Positions 20,144-30,193 are shown, counted from the first letter of the stretch. The stretch: DNA of 64,000 nt from an uncultured Armatimonadetes bacterium (GCA_963716175.1 OY970296.1:1293684-1357683), one strand, 5' to 3'. The notes: generated from the sequence alone by a model not told the origin. Made by a program: numbers and translations.

Positions 20144-21331
20144 ATGAGAGACTGGTCCAGAGCTAAGCCGGGAGAGCAGGGAACGGTATTCCTGGTGGCG
20201 ATGGTCATCCTCACCGTCCTGCTCTTCCTGGGTGCATGCCTGATCGAGCGGGCGGAGAACGGCCTGCACAGGGCCACGGTTGACAACTTCTCGGCCCGAT
20301 CATTCCATCTCGCCGAGGCGGGTATCCATAGGGGCTTGTGGTCGCTGAACCAGCCCAATGGATGGTTCACCTATGCCGGGGATGCGCGCACCCTGCTGGG
20401 CGGCGGCTACTATGAGGTTAGCGTCATCCCGCCGCCCGCGCAGCGGGGGTTCTTCACGGAGCGACTCACCTTGCTGGGCACCGGCTATCTGCCAGGTGCA
20501 GCCGGCGCCCCGCGGTTCCCCATCAGGATCCAGGTGATCGCCCACAAAGATCCCCGCTACTTCGCCTATGCCGTCTTCGGCTCGCAGAAGGTGACGATTG
20601 GCAATGGGACTGTAACCGTCTCGGCTGACAGCTACACCACAGACAAGGGCGGATACGGAGGCGCCAATGTCGCTGAGCATGCTGATGTGGGCACCAATTC
20701 CACTGCGGCTGGCGCCATAGAAATCCTGCCCAAGGGGGAGGTCCACGGCAATATCACCGTGGGCGCGGGGGTGCCAGCGCCCTCTGCGTGCGTCTCCAAC
20801 CGGGGCCTCATCACAGGCAGCATCTCGGCGGCAACGGCACCCAATGCTCTGCCCAATGTCACCTCCTATCCCCCGGGCGCGATCGAACTCGGCGATGTCT
20901 GGCTGGATGCAACCCAAGAGCTGGTGCTGAATGAAGGCGTGTACCACATGACCGACCTGGACATGTTCGGGAGCTCCAAGATCACGTGCAATGGGAAAGT
21001 GGTAATATACGTAGATGAGTCTGGCGATCGCGACAGCCCCGAGATCCGCATCGGGGGCAACGGCTTTGTCAACACCTCTGGTGTGCCCTCCAACCTCGCG
21101 CTCTACTGCCTTCAGGACGTCGTGGACATTAGCATCAGCGGCAACGGCAACTTCTGCGGCAGCATCTATGCTCCCCAGGCCGCCATCAAGCTCAACTCAG
21201 GCCAGGTGTATGGGTCACTGGTGGGCAATACCGTTACCCTCAACGGCGCCACCGCGAGCGTGCACTATGATGAGGCGCTGCGCGACCACTCCGTTCCGCA
21301 GGCGACCATCCGCTCCTGGCAGGAGCTGTAG
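20144..21331 (+). CDS. pilX: PilX-like minor pilin (PilX_N domain) with large C-terminal beta-helix-like repeat domain.
   Basis: N-terminus EQGTVFLVAMVILTVLLFLGACLIERAENGL..NFSARSFHLAEAG matches the PilX N-terminal pattern; C-terminus has repeated GNGT/GNIT/GNGN turns. Confidence 0.65.
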   Translation: MRDWSRAKPGEQGTVFLVAMVILTVLLFLGACLIERAENGLHRATVDNFSARSFHLAEAGIHRGLWSLNQPNGWFTYAGDARTLLGGGYYEVSVIPPPAQRGFFTERLTLLGTGYLPGAAGAPRFPIRIQVIAHKDPRYFAYAVFGSQKVTIGNGTVTVSADSYTTDKGGYGGANVAEHADVGTNSTAAGAIEILPKGEVHGNITVGAGVPAPSACVSNRGLITGSISAATAPNALPNVTSYPPGAIELGDVWLDATQELVLNEGVYHMTDLDMFGSSKITCNGKVVIYVDESGDRDSPEIRIGGNGFVNTSGVPSNLALYCLQDVVDISISGNGNFCGSIYAPQAAIKLNSGQVYGSLVGNTVTLNGATASVHYDEALRDHSVPQATIRSWQEL

Positions 21332-21368
21332 CCGCGACAGTGCATCAGGCGTGAAGGCGATATGATCG

Positions 21369-21400
21369 TCAGGGCAGGGCCCAAAGAGGCCCTGCCCTGA
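21369..21400. terminator. Bidirectional terminator-like hairpin between convergent pilX and GT39 genes.
   Basis: 12-bp stem cagggcagggcc / ggccctgccctg with loop caaaga. Confidence 0.4.
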
Positions 21401-21413
21401 TCGCGTATGAACC

Positions 21414-22844
21414 TCACCGGAGTGTGAGTGTCCCGTACTGGGCCGCGGTGGCCCAGATGGCGTAGGCGTTCAGGGCCAGCATGAGCAGGGAGATAAGAGT
21501 AAGGCCGAGCCTGGCCCAGCGCGCGTCGCCGAACAGCGCACTCAGGCCGCGGGCGGAGGCCAGGCCCAGCAAGGGCAGCACGCAGACCAGATAGCGTCCG
21601 CCGCTGGTGCCCATGCGCCAGTCCACTGTCAGCACGTTGCGGACGAGCCCGAGCAGCACCACCAGCGCGGTGAAGAGCCAGAGCAGGAGGGACCAAGATT
21701 CAGCGCCGGATATCGCCTCTCTGCTCCGGTGCAGGAAGGCGACGGCGAGCCCCGCGGCTGAGAGCAGGGCCAGGGCCAGCAGGAAGCGGGTGATCGCCGG
21801 GAGGTCGGCGTGGGCACCGATGACATCGGCGGGCACGAAGGTGAACAGGAAGATCAGCCTGGGCAGCGCGCCCAGCAGCGCGGCCCGCGGGGCCTCCGGC
21901 AGGCCCCGCAAAGGGTAGAGATAGGGATAGACGAGAGGCGAGCCGTAGATCCACCACTTGCGCAGAAACCACCAGCCGGAGAGGGCGAAGGTGAGCAGGA
22001 GCGCAACGCCGATCCACTGCAGCGCCTGCCCGAGCGACCTGGGGCTGGCCTCCAGGGCCAGCGCCAGCAGTGACACCACCACCAGGGCCAGCGCGGTCTC
22101 CTTGACATTGAGGGCCACTCCCAGGAGCAGCCCCAGCACCGCCCAGTCCCGCCAGGTGACGCGAAAGGTCACCATGCGCGCCCACTGCCAGGCGGTGGCG
22201 GCGAACATGAGGATGAGCAGGGAATCGTTGTTGATCACCCCGGTGATGTAGGTGAACATGGGGGTGAAGGCGGTGAGGGCCACGCCGCCGAGCCAGAGCT
22301 GGGGGCGGCCGGGGAAGACCATGCGCGCCGTCCACCACACGAAAAGCAGGGCGGCGGCGCCGAAGATCACCGAGAGCAGACGCACCGGCCGCACTGCCCC
22401 CGGCACCTGGAAGCTCTGTCGGGCTCCCTCCTGGTCCAGGAAGGTGACGGTCTGCTGGGGGAGGTGGGCGAAGGCGCGCCAGACCAGGGCGGCCAGGGCG
22501 TAGTAGAGCGGCGGCTGGTGCGCTTCATGCGTGCGGGCCGCGCCGGGCCGGTACACGTCGTCTTCCTCCCCGTGGGTGAGCGCAGGGAGCCGGCCATCGA
22601 GGGCGAGCGACTCGACGTAGATGATGTGTCCCGGCTCATCCGGGCCCCACTGCAGGCGGGTGGCGAAGGACTGGAGGGTAGCCAGCAGGCAGTAGCCGAC
22701 GAGAATCGCGATCAGACCAACGTGGGCGAGCCGGTAGCTGGGGTAGCTGGCAGTCACAGCGCGGCCATTCTCGCGGGCTGACGGGGATTCCTCCCAGCAG
22801 AGACCGGCAGGGCTGCTGCGCGGGCTGCCGAAAGACAAGACCAT
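21414..22844 (-). CDS. GT39/GT83-like (PMT/ArnT-family) membrane glycosyltransferase.
   Basis: Multi-TM protein with an N-terminal DE-containing loop (WGPDEPGHIIYVESLALDG) typical of ArnT/PMT-like enzymes. Confidence 0.65.
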   Translation of the reverse strand: MVLSFGSPRSSPAGLCWEESPSARENGRAVTASYPSYRLAHVGLIAILVGYCLLATLQSFATRLQWGPDEPGHIIYVESLALDGRLPALTHGEEDDVYRPGAARTHEAHQPPLYYALAALVWRAFAHLPQQTVTFLDQEGARQSFQVPGAVRPVRLLSVIFGAAALLFVWWTARMVFPGRPQLWLGGVALTAFTPMFTYITGVINNDSLLILMFAATAWQWARMVTFRVTWRDWAVLGLLLGVALNVKETALALVVVSLLALALEASPRSLGQALQWIGVALLLTFALSGWWFLRKWWIYGSPLVYPYLYPLRGLPEAPRAALLGALPRLIFLFTFVPADVIGAHADLPAITRFLLALALLSAAGLAVAFLHRSREAISGAESWSLLLWLFTALVVLLGLVRNVLTVDWRMGTSGGRYLVCVLPLLGLASARGLSALFGDARWARLGLTLISLLMLALNAYAIWATAAQYGTLTLR

Positions 22845-23466
22845 GCCTCTGGTGCATGTCTTCGATCTGGGAAACGTGCTGGTAGCCTTCCATGAGCGGT
22901 TAGTATACCAGCGGCTGCGGCAGCGCTGCCGGCCGGGTGCGAGGGTGGAGGCCGTGTTCGACGCGCACCTGGGGGCGGCCGGGGTTGACATCGGCGGCGA
23001 TTTCGACCGCTTGCACCCGCTGCTGGTGCGAGACCTGGGCCTGAGCATGACCCTGGAGGAGCTGCGGCTGGCCTGGAACGACATCTTCTCTCCCATGCCG
23101 GAGATGCTGGAGGTGGTGCGGGAGAGCCCGCGCCCCCGCTACCTGCTCTCGACGACCAATGCTCCCCACGTCGTGTGGCTGCGCCAGCATTTCAGTTATG
23201 TCTTCGAGCTGTTCGACCACTGCTTCCTCACCTGCGAGATCGGGCTGCGGAAGCCGGACCCGGCCCTTTTCCGGCACGTGGAATCCGTCACCGGCCAGCC
23301 GCCGGAGCGACACCTCCTGATAGATGATATGCCCCAGAACGTGGCGGGCGCTCGCGCCGCGGGCTGGCAGGCGATCCGATTCGTGGGCGTGGAGGACTGC
23401 CGACAGCGACTGGCCGCGCTGGCCGCCGGCCACAGGGAGGGAAGTGCTCGCCTGCCGGTGAAGTGA
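22843..23466 (+). CDS. HAD-superfamily hydrolase.
   Basis: Motif I FDLGNVLV; DxxxD-like and K motifs; divergent from the GT39 gene, sharing a CATG start. Confidence 0.7.
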   Translation: MPLVHVFDLGNVLVAFHERLVYQRLRQRCRPGARVEAVFDAHLGAAGVDIGGDFDRLHPLLVRDLGLSMTLEELRLAWNDIFSPMPEMLEVVRESPRPRYLLSTTNAPHVVWLRQHFSYVFELFDHCFLTCEIGLRKPDPALFRHVESVTGQPPERHLLIDDMPQNVAGARAAGWQAIRFVGVEDCRQRLAALAAGHREGSARLPVK

Positions 23467-23669
23467 GACGCGCCTCTTCGGCAGGTCGTCCGTCGCTGCG
23501 CTCGTGGCAAAGCCACGTCACCATGGGGGGAGGACCCTGCGAGGCGGGATGGGAAACCGACCAGACCTAGCCTCTGGAGTGACACCCGGGAGCGGCCGGT
23601 ACTTGCCAGGCAGGCAGCGGCCGTACTAACATAGGAGAGACGAGCAAGGAATTGGTATGGAGGTGCGAG

Positions 23670-24569
23670 ATGGCTGAAGGGGCTAGCGAGATGCGTTCCA
23701 CCTGGCGCAATAAGGTTGGCCTCGCCGAGATGCTCAAAGGCGGGGTGATCATGGATGTCACCACCGCGGAGCAGGCCAAGATCGCGGAGGAGGCGGGCGC
23801 GGTGGCGGTGATGGCGCTGGAGCGGGTGCCTGCCGACATTCGCGCCCAGGGCGGGGTAGCGCGCATGGCCGATCCCGTGAAGGTCAAGGAGATCATGGCC
23901 GCGGTCACCATCCCGGCGATGGCCAAGGCGCGCATCGGCCACTTCGCGGAGGCCCAGGTGCTGGAGGCGCTGGGCGTGGATTTCGTGGACGAGAGCGAGG
24001 TGCTGACTCCCGCGGACGAGCAGTTCCACATTGACAAGCACCTGTTCAGGGTGCCCTTCGTGTGCGGCTGCCGGAACCTCGGGGAGGCGCTGCGGCGGAT
24101 CGGGGAAGGGGCCGCGATGATCCGGACCAAGGGGGAGGCCGGGAGCGGCAACATTGTGGAGGCGGTGCGCCACATGCGCATGGTGCAATCCGAGATCCGC
24201 CGTCTCACCACGCTGCGCTCGGATGAGCTGATGACTGCGGCAAAGGAGCTGGGCGCGCCCTATGAGCTGGTGTGCGAGGTGGCGCGCTTGGGCAAGCTGC
24301 CGGTGCCGAACTTCGCCGCCGGCGGCATCGCCACCCCGGCCGACGCCTCTCTGGTGATGCAGTTGGGGGCAGAGGCCGTCTTCGTGGGCTCGGGGATCTT
24401 CAAGTCGAACGACCCGGCGGCGCGGGCGAAGGCGATCGTGGAGGCCACCACCTACTACGACAAGCCGGAGGTGGTGGCCCGGGTTTCGGCCGGGATCGGG
24501 GAGGCCATGCCGGGGTTGGATATAGCCAAGCTGGATGAGAAGGAGCTGCTCCAGACGCGAGGTTGGTGA
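23670..24569 (+). CDS. pdxS: Pyridoxal 5'-phosphate synthase lyase subunit.
   Basis: Near-canonical PdxS sequence ([24 protein letters not shown]...). Confidence 0.92.
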   Translation: MAEGASEMRSTWRNKVGLAEMLKGGVIMDVTTAEQAKIAEEAGAVAVMALERVPADIRAQGGVARMADPVKVKEIMAAVTIPAMAKARIGHFAEAQVLEALGVDFVDESEVLTPADEQFHIDKHLFRVPFVCGCRNLGEALRRIGEGAAMIRTKGEAGSGNIVEAVRHMRMVQSEIRRLTTLRSDELMTAAKELGAPYELVCEVARLGKLPVPNFAAGGIATPADASLVMQLGAEAVFVGSGIFKSNDPAARAKAIVEATTYYDKPEVVARVSAGIGEAMPGLDIAKLDEKELLQTRGW

Positions 24570-24619
24570 GCGCAATCGGGACGAACATGCCCCTGCCACC
24601 GAGGGGCCGCGAAATCGCC

Positions 24620-24635
24620 GGCGGGCATGCCCGCC
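24620..24635. repeat. 16-bp perfect palindrome GGCGGGCATGCCCGCC; its sequence matches the termini of R3 elements.
   Basis: Seen directly. The same GGCGGGCATG / CATGCCCGCC forms the ends of 35797-35920 and 57186-57282. Confidence 0.5.
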
Positions 24636-24655
24636 TTTGATGGCTTCTGACAAGC

Positions 24656-24862
24656 ATGGCAGACCGGAGGAACGACATGGTCGGAAGAGGCATTGCAGTC
24701 GCTGGCATCTGGGTTGGAGTGGGGATCGCGATCGGGCTGACCGGCGCCGCGCACCCCAATCTGCCGGGTTGGGTCTACAAATGGCTGCTGGTGAGCGCGG
24801 TGCTGGTGACCTGGCCCATCGTGTTGCCGCTGATGGGGCCGTGGTCGTGGGGGAAGGATTAG
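24656..24862 (+). CDS. Small hypothetical membrane protein.
   Basis: Two predicted TM helices; weak evidence. Confidence 0.3.
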   Translation: MADRRNDMVGRGIAVAGIWVGVGIAIGLTGAAHPNLPGWVYKWLLVSAVLVTWPIVLPLMGPWSWGKD

Positions 24863-24935
24863 GCAACGGCCCCACCCCTGCTGCGCAGGGGTAGGCCACA
24901 AGAGTGGGGTCGCAAGGGAAGGGTTGAAGTAGGAG

Positions 24936-25514
24936 GTGGCATTGAAGATAGGAGTGCTGGCCCTGCAGGGGGCGTATCGGGAGCATCTGCAGACACTGCG
25001 CAGACTCGGGGTGGAGGCGATGGGGGTGCGGACGCCGGAGGAGGTGGCGGCCTCGCAGGCGCTGATCATACCCGGGGGGGAGAGCACCACCATCGGGAAG
25101 CTGATGGTGCGCTACCGCCTGCTGGAGCCGATTCAGGCGCACGCGCGATCAGGGAGGCCTCTGCTGGGCACCTGCGCGGGCATGATCCTGATGGCAAAGC
25201 GGATCGAGGCGGCGGCCCAGGATCAGCCCCGGCTGGGGGTGATGGACATCACCGTGGCGCGGAACGCCTTCGGGCGCCAGGTGGACAGTTTCGAGGCCGA
25301 CCTGGCTTTTGACGGGGTCAACAGCGGGCCGGTGCGGGCGGTGTTCATCCGGGCGCCGGTGATCCGGGCGGTGGGCGAGGGGGTACAGGTGCTGGCAGCC
25401 CACGAGGGGAAGATCGTGGCGGCGCGGCAGGGAAATCTGCTGGCCCTGGCTTTCCACCCGGAGCTGACCGAAGACGCGAGGATACATCGGTACTTTCTCT
25501 CGCTGGTGGGGTAG
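24936..25514 (+). CDS. pdxT: Pyridoxal 5'-phosphate synthase glutaminase subunit.
   Basis: Class I GATase motifs (GTCAGMIL, HPE). Confidence 0.88.
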   Translation: MALKIGVLALQGAYREHLQTLRRLGVEAMGVRTPEEVAASQALIIPGGESTTIGKLMVRYRLLEPIQAHARSGRPLLGTCAGMILMAKRIEAAAQDQPRLGVMDITVARNAFGRQVDSFEADLAFDGVNSGPVRAVFIRAPVIRAVGEGVQVLAAHEGKIVAARQGNLLALAFHPELTEDARIHRYFLSLVG

Positions 25515-25555
25515 GCCGAGGGGCCGGGGCTGCCGATGACGGCGGGAGCCTGAGA

Positions 25556-26323
25556 ATGGTCGCATCTGTGGGCCGGCAAGTGATGGCAGCTCTGGCCTTC
25601 GTAGGTGACCAGGTGCTGCTGTTGGGCAGCACCGCGGGCTATCTGGCGCGGGGCCGGCTCGGGCTGGGGCGAGCGTTCCAGCAGATGGCCGTCGCCGGTA
25701 CCGACTCCTTGCCCATCGTGTGCATCACCATGCTGTTTGTGGGGATGGCCTGGGGCTGGAACACGGCCGGCTACATGGTGCGCTTCGGGGCGGTGGGCTA
25801 TTTCGGGGGCAGCACCGCGGTGGCGATTGCACGAGAGCTGGGGCCGGCGCTGTGCGGAGTGGTGGTGGCGGCGCGGGTAGGATCGGCGTTCGCGGCCGAG
25901 CTGGGGACGATGACGGTGACCGAGCAGGTGGATGCGCTGCGGGCGCTGGCGGTGGACCCCGTCTACTACCTGGTAGTGCCCAGGGTGGTGGCCTGCGTGA
26001 TCATGCTGCCACTGCTGACGGTGGTGGCGGACGCGGCCGGGATCCTGGGCGCCTACGCCATCTCCACCGGGGTGGGCATCAGCTCCGGCGAGTACACCAG
26101 CTCCATGCAGCAGTGGCTGACCCCGACCAACCTCTACGGCGGTGTCGCCAAGGGGTTCTTCTTCGGGCTGATCATCGCGCTGGTCGGCTGCCGGCAGGGG
26201 TTGCGCGCCGGCGGGGGCGCGGCCGGGGTGGGGCGCGCCACCATCAGCGCGGTGGTGCTGAGCATCGTGCTGATCTACGGCGCCAACCTGCTGCTCACCA
26301 TGCTGTTCTTCCGCGGATCGTGA
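25556..26323 (+). CDS. mlaE: Mla/MCE-type ABC transporter permease.
   Basis: MlaE-family topology and conserved C-terminal segments. Confidence 0.85.
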   Translation: MVASVGRQVMAALAFVGDQVLLLGSTAGYLARGRLGLGRAFQQMAVAGTDSLPIVCITMLFVGMAWGWNTAGYMVRFGAVGYFGGSTAVAIARELGPALCGVVVAARVGSAFAAELGTMTVTEQVDALRALAVDPVYYLVVPRVVACVIMLPLLTVVADAAGILGAYAISTGVGISSGEYTSSMQQWLTPTNLYGGVAKGFFFGLIIALVGCRQGLRAGGGAAGVGRATISAVVLSIVLIYGANLLLTMLFFRGS

Positions 26324-27108
26324 TGATGAGCGCCTCCACTCCCGATGCCCCCCGCGTCGAGCTCCAGGAGCTTCGCTACCTGATTGATGGCAAACCGGTG
26401 CTGAACGGCATTGACCTGGAGGTGGGCCGGAGCGAGATCGTCGGGATCATGGGCCGAAGCGGCAGCGGTAAGACCACCCTGCTGCGCCTGGTGATGGGGC
26501 TGGTGCGGCCTACCAGCGGGCGGGTGCTGATCAAAGGGCGCGATATTGGGCAGCTCAACGAGGAGCAGTTGGGCGAGGTGCGAGTGGACATGGGGATGGT
26601 GTTCCAGGGCGCGGCGCTGTTCGATTCCATGACGGTGGGGGAGAACGTCGCCTTCGGCCTGGTGGAGCATCGGCGCCTTCCGGGGTCGGAGGTGGCAGGG
26701 CGGGTGCGCGCGCTGCTGGAAATGGTGGCTATGGGTGGAAGCGAGCGGCTGATGCCCGCGCAGCTCTCGGGCGGAATGCGCAAGCGGGTGGGGATCGCGC
26801 GGGCGCTGGCGCTGCAGCCCTCCATCATGCTCTACGACGAGCCCACCGCGGGCCTGGACCCGATCTCGGCGGCGGCGATTGACCACCTCATCCTGCGCCT
26901 GTGCGAGCAGTTCCAGGTGAGCACGCTGATCGCGTCGCATGATGTGGCCAGCCTGCGCCGGGTGTCGGATCGGGCGGCCCTGCTGCACCGGGGCTTGTTC
27001 CTGGCGGTGGGGAGAATGGCAGAGCTGGAGACGAGTGGTGATCCGGCGATCCAGCAGTTTCTCTCCGGGGCCCCGGAGGGGCCGCTGACTGATGAGGCCG
27101 GCGGGTGA
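26323..27108 (+). CDS. mlaF: ABC transporter ATP-binding protein (MlaF-like).
   Basis: Walker A GRSGSGKTT, signature LSGGMRKR, Walker B LYDEPTAGLD; the start codon overlaps the mlaE stop (ATGATGAGC). Confidence 0.88.
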   Translation: MMSASTPDAPRVELQELRYLIDGKPVLNGIDLEVGRSEIVGIMGRSGSGKTTLLRLVMGLVRPTSGRVLIKGRDIGQLNEEQLGEVRVDMGMVFQGAALFDSMTVGENVAFGLVEHRRLPGSEVAGRVRALLEMVAMGGSERLMPAQLSGGMRKRVGIARALALQPSIMLYDEPTAGLDPISAAAIDHLILRLCEQFQVSTLIASHDVASLRRVSDRAALLHRGLFLAVGRMAELETSGDPAIQQFLSGAPEGPLTDEAGG

Positions 27109-27120
27109 GGAGGTAGCAAG

Positions 27121-28503
27121 GTGCGCACAGGAGCGGAGGTCAAAGTCGGGCTGATCACCCTGCTCGCAGTCGCCCTGCTGATCCTGTTCAGCATCTACAT
27201 CACCGGGATTGGCTTTGGGGCCCACACCTACACCGTCTACGCGACCTTCGGGAATGCCCGGGGCATTGAGCGGGGAGATCCGGTGCAGATGGTGGGGGTG
27301 AAGATCGGTGAGGTGCGGTTGGTGAGCATCACCCCCTCTCGCAAGGCTCAGGTCACCCTGGAGATCGGGCGGCAGTACCGTCTCTATAAGAACTACGTGG
27401 TCCAGATATCCACCGCGGGCCTGATCCAGGAGCGCTTCATTGATGTCATCCCGGTCAAGCCCGGCGAGGAAGGGCCGGAACTGTCGGACCAGGCGACAAT
27501 CCAGGGGGTGACCGCGCCCGACCTGGCCGACATGCTGAGAACGGGGCAGGAGGTGCTGACCAACCTGGACCGCACCACCCGGGAGCTACAGGTGGCGTTA
27601 AGCGACAAGCAGCTCCTGGGAGGGGTGAAACGCGCGCTGGAGAGCTTCACCAAGGCGGCTGATGCCACACGGCAGGCGGCCACGGTCGCGGCGGCGGTGG
27701 CGAAGGAGTCGGAGCCAGCGACAATGACCATTCTCGCCCAACTGAGGGCGGCGGCCGCGCACCTGGAGGCCACCACCCGGGCGGTAGAGGCGAAGGTGGC
27801 GCAGGGGACAACGCTGGAAGACTTGCAGGCGGCGGCGCGCAGCGCGCGGGAGGCCAGCGCGAACTCCGAGCGCCTCACCGCGAACCTGGCCGACATGGTC
27901 TCTGACCCGACGGTGAAGCTCGAGCTGCGCACCACCCTGGCGAATATCCATGAGGCCTCTATGTCTCTGAAGAAGATCGGGGCCGACCTGGAGGTGTTCT
28001 CCGGGAAGCTGCGGGAGGCGGCGCCGTCCGTGCCGGCCGTGATGAAGGAGGCGGAGCAGGTGGCAACCTCGGCCGAGCAGATCAGGGAACGCCTGAAGCC
28101 TCCCGAGATCCACGGCAACTTCAGCGTGGCATACAGCGGAAAGGCGGGCCGCAGCTTCTCCACCGGCAGCCTCGATTTCAGCACCAGCCCGGGCCGCTTC
28201 CTGCGCCTGGGCATAGACGACATCGGGGAGGGGAGCAACGTCAACATCCAGTTGGCGGAGCGTCAGCGGCTGGGCGTGCTCCGGTATGGGCTGGTGCGGT
28301 CGCGGCTGGGGCTGGGCTTTGACCTGGGGCGGCCGCATCGCGCCATCCTCTCGGTGGACATTTTCGACCCCAACCAACTGCGGGCCGACGTGTTGGCAGA
28401 CGTCCCGCTTATCCTGGGGGCCACGGACTGGGGGATACTGGTTGGGATGCGTGATGTGGGCGGGGACAATCTGTTCGTGGCCGGAGCGCAGGCGAGAAGG
28501 TAG
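27121..28503 (+). CDS. mlaD: MCE-domain substrate-binding protein (MlaD-like) with long coiled-coil/helical C-terminal extension.
   Basis: N-terminal TM followed by MCE domain (YTVYATFGNARGIERGDPVQMVGVKIGEV). Confidence 0.8.
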   Translation: MRTGAEVKVGLITLLAVALLILFSIYITGIGFGAHTYTVYATFGNARGIERGDPVQMVGVKIGEVRLVSITPSRKAQVTLEIGRQYRLYKNYVVQISTAGLIQERFIDVIPVKPGEEGPELSDQATIQGVTAPDLADMLRTGQEVLTNLDRTTRELQVALSDKQLLGGVKRALESFTKAADATRQAATVAAAVAKESEPATMTILAQLRAAAAHLEATTRAVEAKVAQGTTLEDLQAAARSAREASANSERLTANLADMVSDPTVKLELRTTLANIHEASMSLKKIGADLEVFSGKLREAAPSVPAVMKEAEQVATSAEQIRERLKPPEIHGNFSVAYSGKAGRSFSTGSLDFSTSPGRFLRLGIDDIGEGSNVNIQLAERQRLGVLRYGLVRSRLGLGFDLGRPHRAILSVDIFDPNQLRADVLADVPLILGATDWGILVGMRDVGGDNLFVAGAQARR

Positions 28504-28596
28504 AATGGAAGGCGGTAAGTCTGGTGCATTCGAGGGGGGAGGGAGAGCGGAAGGCATACTGTGGACGGCTGCCGTACCAGATAGTAGGAGGCAGGG

Positions 28597-29439
28597 ATGG
28601 CGGTTGCGCGGGTTGCGATTGCACATGGTGAGGACCCTCGGGCCCTGGTGAGCGAGGCGCTGGAGAAGATCCAGGCGCGCCAGGTGGTGAAGCGGAACCA
28701 GCGCGTGGTGGTGAAGCCCAACTACGTGGAGCCGATGAGGCCGGACGACGGAGTGACCACTGACCCCCGGGTGATCGGCGCGGTGGTGGAGTGGCTCCAG
28801 GCGCTCGGGGTGAAAGATATCACGATTGCGGAGAGCACCTGGGACAAGGATCGCACCGACCGCGCCTTCCGCCTGGTGGGGCTGCCCAAGCTGGCCGAGC
28901 GCCTGGGGGTGAGGCTGCTCAACCTCTGCGAAGACGAGCAGGTTGAGGTCAAGATCCCGGATGCTCACTCGCTGCACAAGGTGCTGCTGGCCCGGACCGT
29001 CCTGGAGGCCGACTGCCTGATCAGCCTGCCCAAGCTCAAGTGCCACTGCATGGCCTACGTCACCCTGGGGATCAAGAATCTGATGGGCGCGGTGTTCCCG
29101 GACAAGGCGCTGATGCACCGCGATCTGCACCAGCGGCTGGCCGACCTGGCGAGCGTGCTGCGGGCCAAGCTCACCGTGATAGACGGCCTGATCGGAAGCG
29201 AACGCCACGAGACCTCGGGCTCGCCGGTGAAGACCGATGTCATCATCGCCGGCCGCGACCCGGTGGCGACGGATGCGGTGGGGGCAATGGTGATGGGCAT
29301 CGACCCGACCAGGGTGGAGCACCTGCGGCTGTGCGCGGAGCGGGGGCTGGGCGAGTATCGGCCGGAGAAGATCGAGATCGTAGGCGCGCCGCTGGAGAAG
29401 GTGCAGAAGAAGTACCGACAGCCGGGAGGGTTTGGGTAG
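28597..29439 (+). CDS. DUF362-domain protein.
   Basis: Pattern typical of DUF362 (VVKPNYV...ITIAES...LISLPKLKCH). Confidence 0.65.
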   Translation: MAVARVAIAHGEDPRALVSEALEKIQARQVVKRNQRVVVKPNYVEPMRPDDGVTTDPRVIGAVVEWLQALGVKDITIAESTWDKDRTDRAFRLVGLPKLAERLGVRLLNLCEDEQVEVKIPDAHSLHKVLLARTVLEADCLISLPKLKCHCMAYVTLGIKNLMGAVFPDKALMHRDLHQRLADLASVLRAKLTVIDGLIGSERHETSGSPVKTDVIIAGRDPVATDAVGAMVMGIDPTRVEHLRLCAERGLGEYRPEKIEIVGAPLEKVQKKYRQPGGFG

Positions 29440-29454
29440 CGCCTTCCTCCCGGC

Positions 29455-29510
29455 ATTGACAGAGAGTGCTCCCAAGTGTACAGTCTATGTGTACACTTGA
29501 GGGAGAGCAA
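29455..29510 (+). promoter_or_regulatory. vapBC promoter with operator: TTGACA-N17-TACAGT overlapped by a perfect 10-bp inverted repeat CAAGTGTACA-N7-TGTACACTTG.
   Basis: Read directly; a classic autoregulatory operator layout for type II TA systems. Confidence 0.55.
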
Positions 29511-29511
29511 T

Positions 29512-29760
29512 ATGAAGGCATCAATGTTGGATCTGCGGCGGCGGATGAGAGAAGTGCTAGCGGCCCTGGATCGCAACGAGCCAGTGACCATCACCTACCG
29601 GGGCAAGGACAAGGCAATCATGTACCCGGTGCGCAAGCGCTCCCCGATGCGCGCGAGCGAGCATCCATCGTTTGGGATGTGGCGCGATCGCGAGGACATG
29701 CAGGACGTCGAGGCCTATATCCGCAAGCTCCGCAAGCCGCGCATAGATGCTCTTCGATAG
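29512..29760 (+). CDS. vapB: Type II antitoxin, Phd/YefM family.
   Basis: Starts MKASMLDLRRRMREVLAALDRNEPVTITYRGK; SD gagggagag upstream. Confidence 0.75.
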   Translation: MKASMLDLRRRMREVLAALDRNEPVTITYRGKDKAIMYPVRKRSPMRASEHPSFGMWRDREDMQDVEAYIRKLRKPRIDALR

Positions 29761-30124
29761 CGACATCCTGGTCTGGCATTACCGCGGCAATAAGGCCGTG
29801 GATGACGTGATTGACGAAACCCAGGAGCGTGCCATCTCGGTCGTCACGTACATGGAACTGCTGCGCGGCGCCCACGACAAGGAAGGGCTGACGCGCGTCA
29901 AGAGTTTCATCGCGGATTTCGCGTTCGAGGTACTTCCGCTGACCGAGAGCATCGGCCACCGCGCCGTGTTCTACGTGGAGACTTACGGGCTGAAGGCAAA
30001 CCTGGGCATCGCCGACGCCCTCATCGCTGCCACGGCCGCCGAGCACAACCTCACGCTGTGCACCGCGAACCGGAAGCACTACGCGCCGATCAGCGACCTG
30101 CGGCTGAGGATGGTGCGAGTGTAA
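29747..30124 (+). CDS. vapC: PIN-domain toxin VapC.
   Basis: MLFDSDILV... acidic PIN residues (D5, E38, D98-like); overlaps the antitoxin stop. Confidence 0.8.
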   Translation: MLFDSDILVWHYRGNKAVDDVIDETQERAISVVTYMELLRGAHDKEGLTRVKSFIADFAFEVLPLTESIGHRAVFYVETYGLKANLGIADALIAATAAEHNLTLCTANRKHYAPISDLRLRMVRV

Positions 30125-30193
30125 AGCAGAGCTGCATGGCAGGAGACCAGCTCCTGCCATGCAGTGCAGCCGCCGCCCACAGGAATGCCGCCG

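Noticed and set aside
23196-25142. 648-aa minus-strand ORF
   Set aside because: Antisense to pdxS/pdxT, which are unambiguous.
27598-29475. 625-aa minus-strand ORF
   Set aside because: Antisense to the mlaD and DUF362 genes.
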